Of a stretch of DNA of 64,000 bases, positions 62,897 to 64,000 are shown one piece after another (positions within the stretch are counted from its first letter, which is position 1; the number at the start of each line of letters is the position of its first letter). The stretch comes from Haplodiscus bocki (taxonomy: Eukaryota), in assembly GCA_965655095.1 (NCBI GenBank), contig OZ296651.1:37200001-37264000 (forward strand). The letters are read 5' to 3'. The notes below the pieces were generated by a model. The model had not been told where the DNA came from. It searched no databases and saw only the letters and a list, made by a program, of their open reading frames with translations. The translations under genes were made by a program, and so were the position numbers.

Positions 62897-64000
62897 CTAG
62901 GAATATAGTCCTACGGTACAGTATTTTATTTATCAATAAAATATTCTTTGTCATCAAATGTAATTAAAGCTATCTTTGTTTTTACCATTGAAACTTCATG
63001 TTTATTACTTCTGAAAGAAAAGTGTGCACGAAATGCATCTTCAATTTTCTCTAAATAAATTTGGCAGTCTCTGAGAGTGTATTTATCACGACGTTGCACT
63101 CCCTCGTGTTTTGCTTTGAAATTATGTGGTTTTTTTTTTAGTGGAAGATTATTTACTCCTTAAAAAATTACCGCATCTAGTTCTAATTCAGGAGCTGCTT
63201 CCAATTTCATTTTTCTGTTAATTTTTCTGACATTTTTTATTATAGTTCATGAGTTGGATCCATTTCGTGGAAACTTAATTTTTCTCTAAAAAGTTTCATA
63301 CTTTTAACTAATCCTTTAAATGGTTAGAATGAAAAAATGAAAGAATCAGTATCCATGTAAAACAAATTTAAAATCTCTTCACCAAATTATAGTTGCATTT
63401 GTTTCATGAAGTCATTCGTAGTTTTTTCCTTGAAAATTCCGACAAAAACCAACAAAATTAGATTTTGCAATTTCATTACGTTCTTTCTGAAATAAGTGCA
63501 AATTGAAACTTTCATATTCAGCAATTTTATCATCAAAAGATAATTTCGGTTGTCGATTGCGTATTCATTGGGTATGTGATTTGTCTATGTGTTTTTAGAA
63601 TTCACAGTTTGTTTTTGTTCTTGTTCTGTATTTTAGTTATCACACTTCGTTAGCCAAGGAATTTGTTTGAATCGATATACATTGTGTATTTTGCTTAACT
63701 TTGATTCCATGTTTTATTAGGATTTTTTTTCTCTATAATGTATAAAATGTCTTTGTTTGTTAGTTCGTTTCATCCAAAAAAAGTTTTCAGTTGGTTTATA
63801 ATTTTCTGATTTTTTTTCCATCATATTTGTAAAACATCTTCCAGTTTTCTTTTTTTTTGGACAAATGAAGAATCTTTTTTTTGTCATGTTGATTGGATGG
63901 ATACTTTACATCACATTCTTATAAAGATTTTTATTTAATTATATTTGGAGTTCCTGAAATTGTTGTTAATGGATTGCCCTCATTTCATTTTGTAAAGTCA
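62897..64000 (-). pseudogene. Protein-primed family B DNA polymerase (pPolB), C-terminal part, disrupted
   Basis: Motif C YMDTDS at 63342-63359. Also ECDVKYP..HD, HGIKV..IH.VYRFKQ.PWL, KMKLE, FRSNKHEV and the C-terminal IALITFDDK at ~62947-62973. Confidence 0.88.

Larger units (their letters stand above)
59007..64000. mobile_element. Decayed Polinton/Maverick (adintovirus-like) endogenous element; continues beyond the window
   Basis: Co-located remnants of an A32-like packaging ATPase, a major capsid protein, an rve integrase and a protein-primed PolB, the diagnostic gene set of this class. All are disrupted by stops and frameshifts. The left end (AGTTATAGTA at ~59007) is a guess. Confidence 0.9.

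Overview
AT-rich eukaryotic DNA, probably from an invertebrate; the species cannot be determined from the window. About 65% of it (~8231-49504) is one uninterrupted head-to-tail satellite array of a ~124-bp monomer (about 330 copies by length division). The monomer is rich in dyad symmetry, and the array is a patchwork of local higher-order duplications, including a 16-mer with in-register deletions. The many short ORFs called in the array are translation artefacts. Four copies of a dispersed repeat have Helentron-associated (HINE/DINE-1-like) structure: subterminal inverted repeats, a 5' hairpin, internal subrepeats and a 3' stem-loop. Two of them bracket the array, and one is fused to its last monomer through a shared motif. 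The left flank holds two probable solo LTRs and an older degenerate tandem repeat. The right flank holds small MITE-like or tandem repeats and the terminal exon (ICL3-TM6-TM7-tail) of a rhodopsin-class peptide-receptor-like GPCR on the minus strand. From ~59.0 kb to the window end lies a decayed Polinton/Maverick (adintovirus-like) element with a packaging ATPase, major capsid, rve integrase and protein-primed PolB. All calls are by eye; no searches were run.
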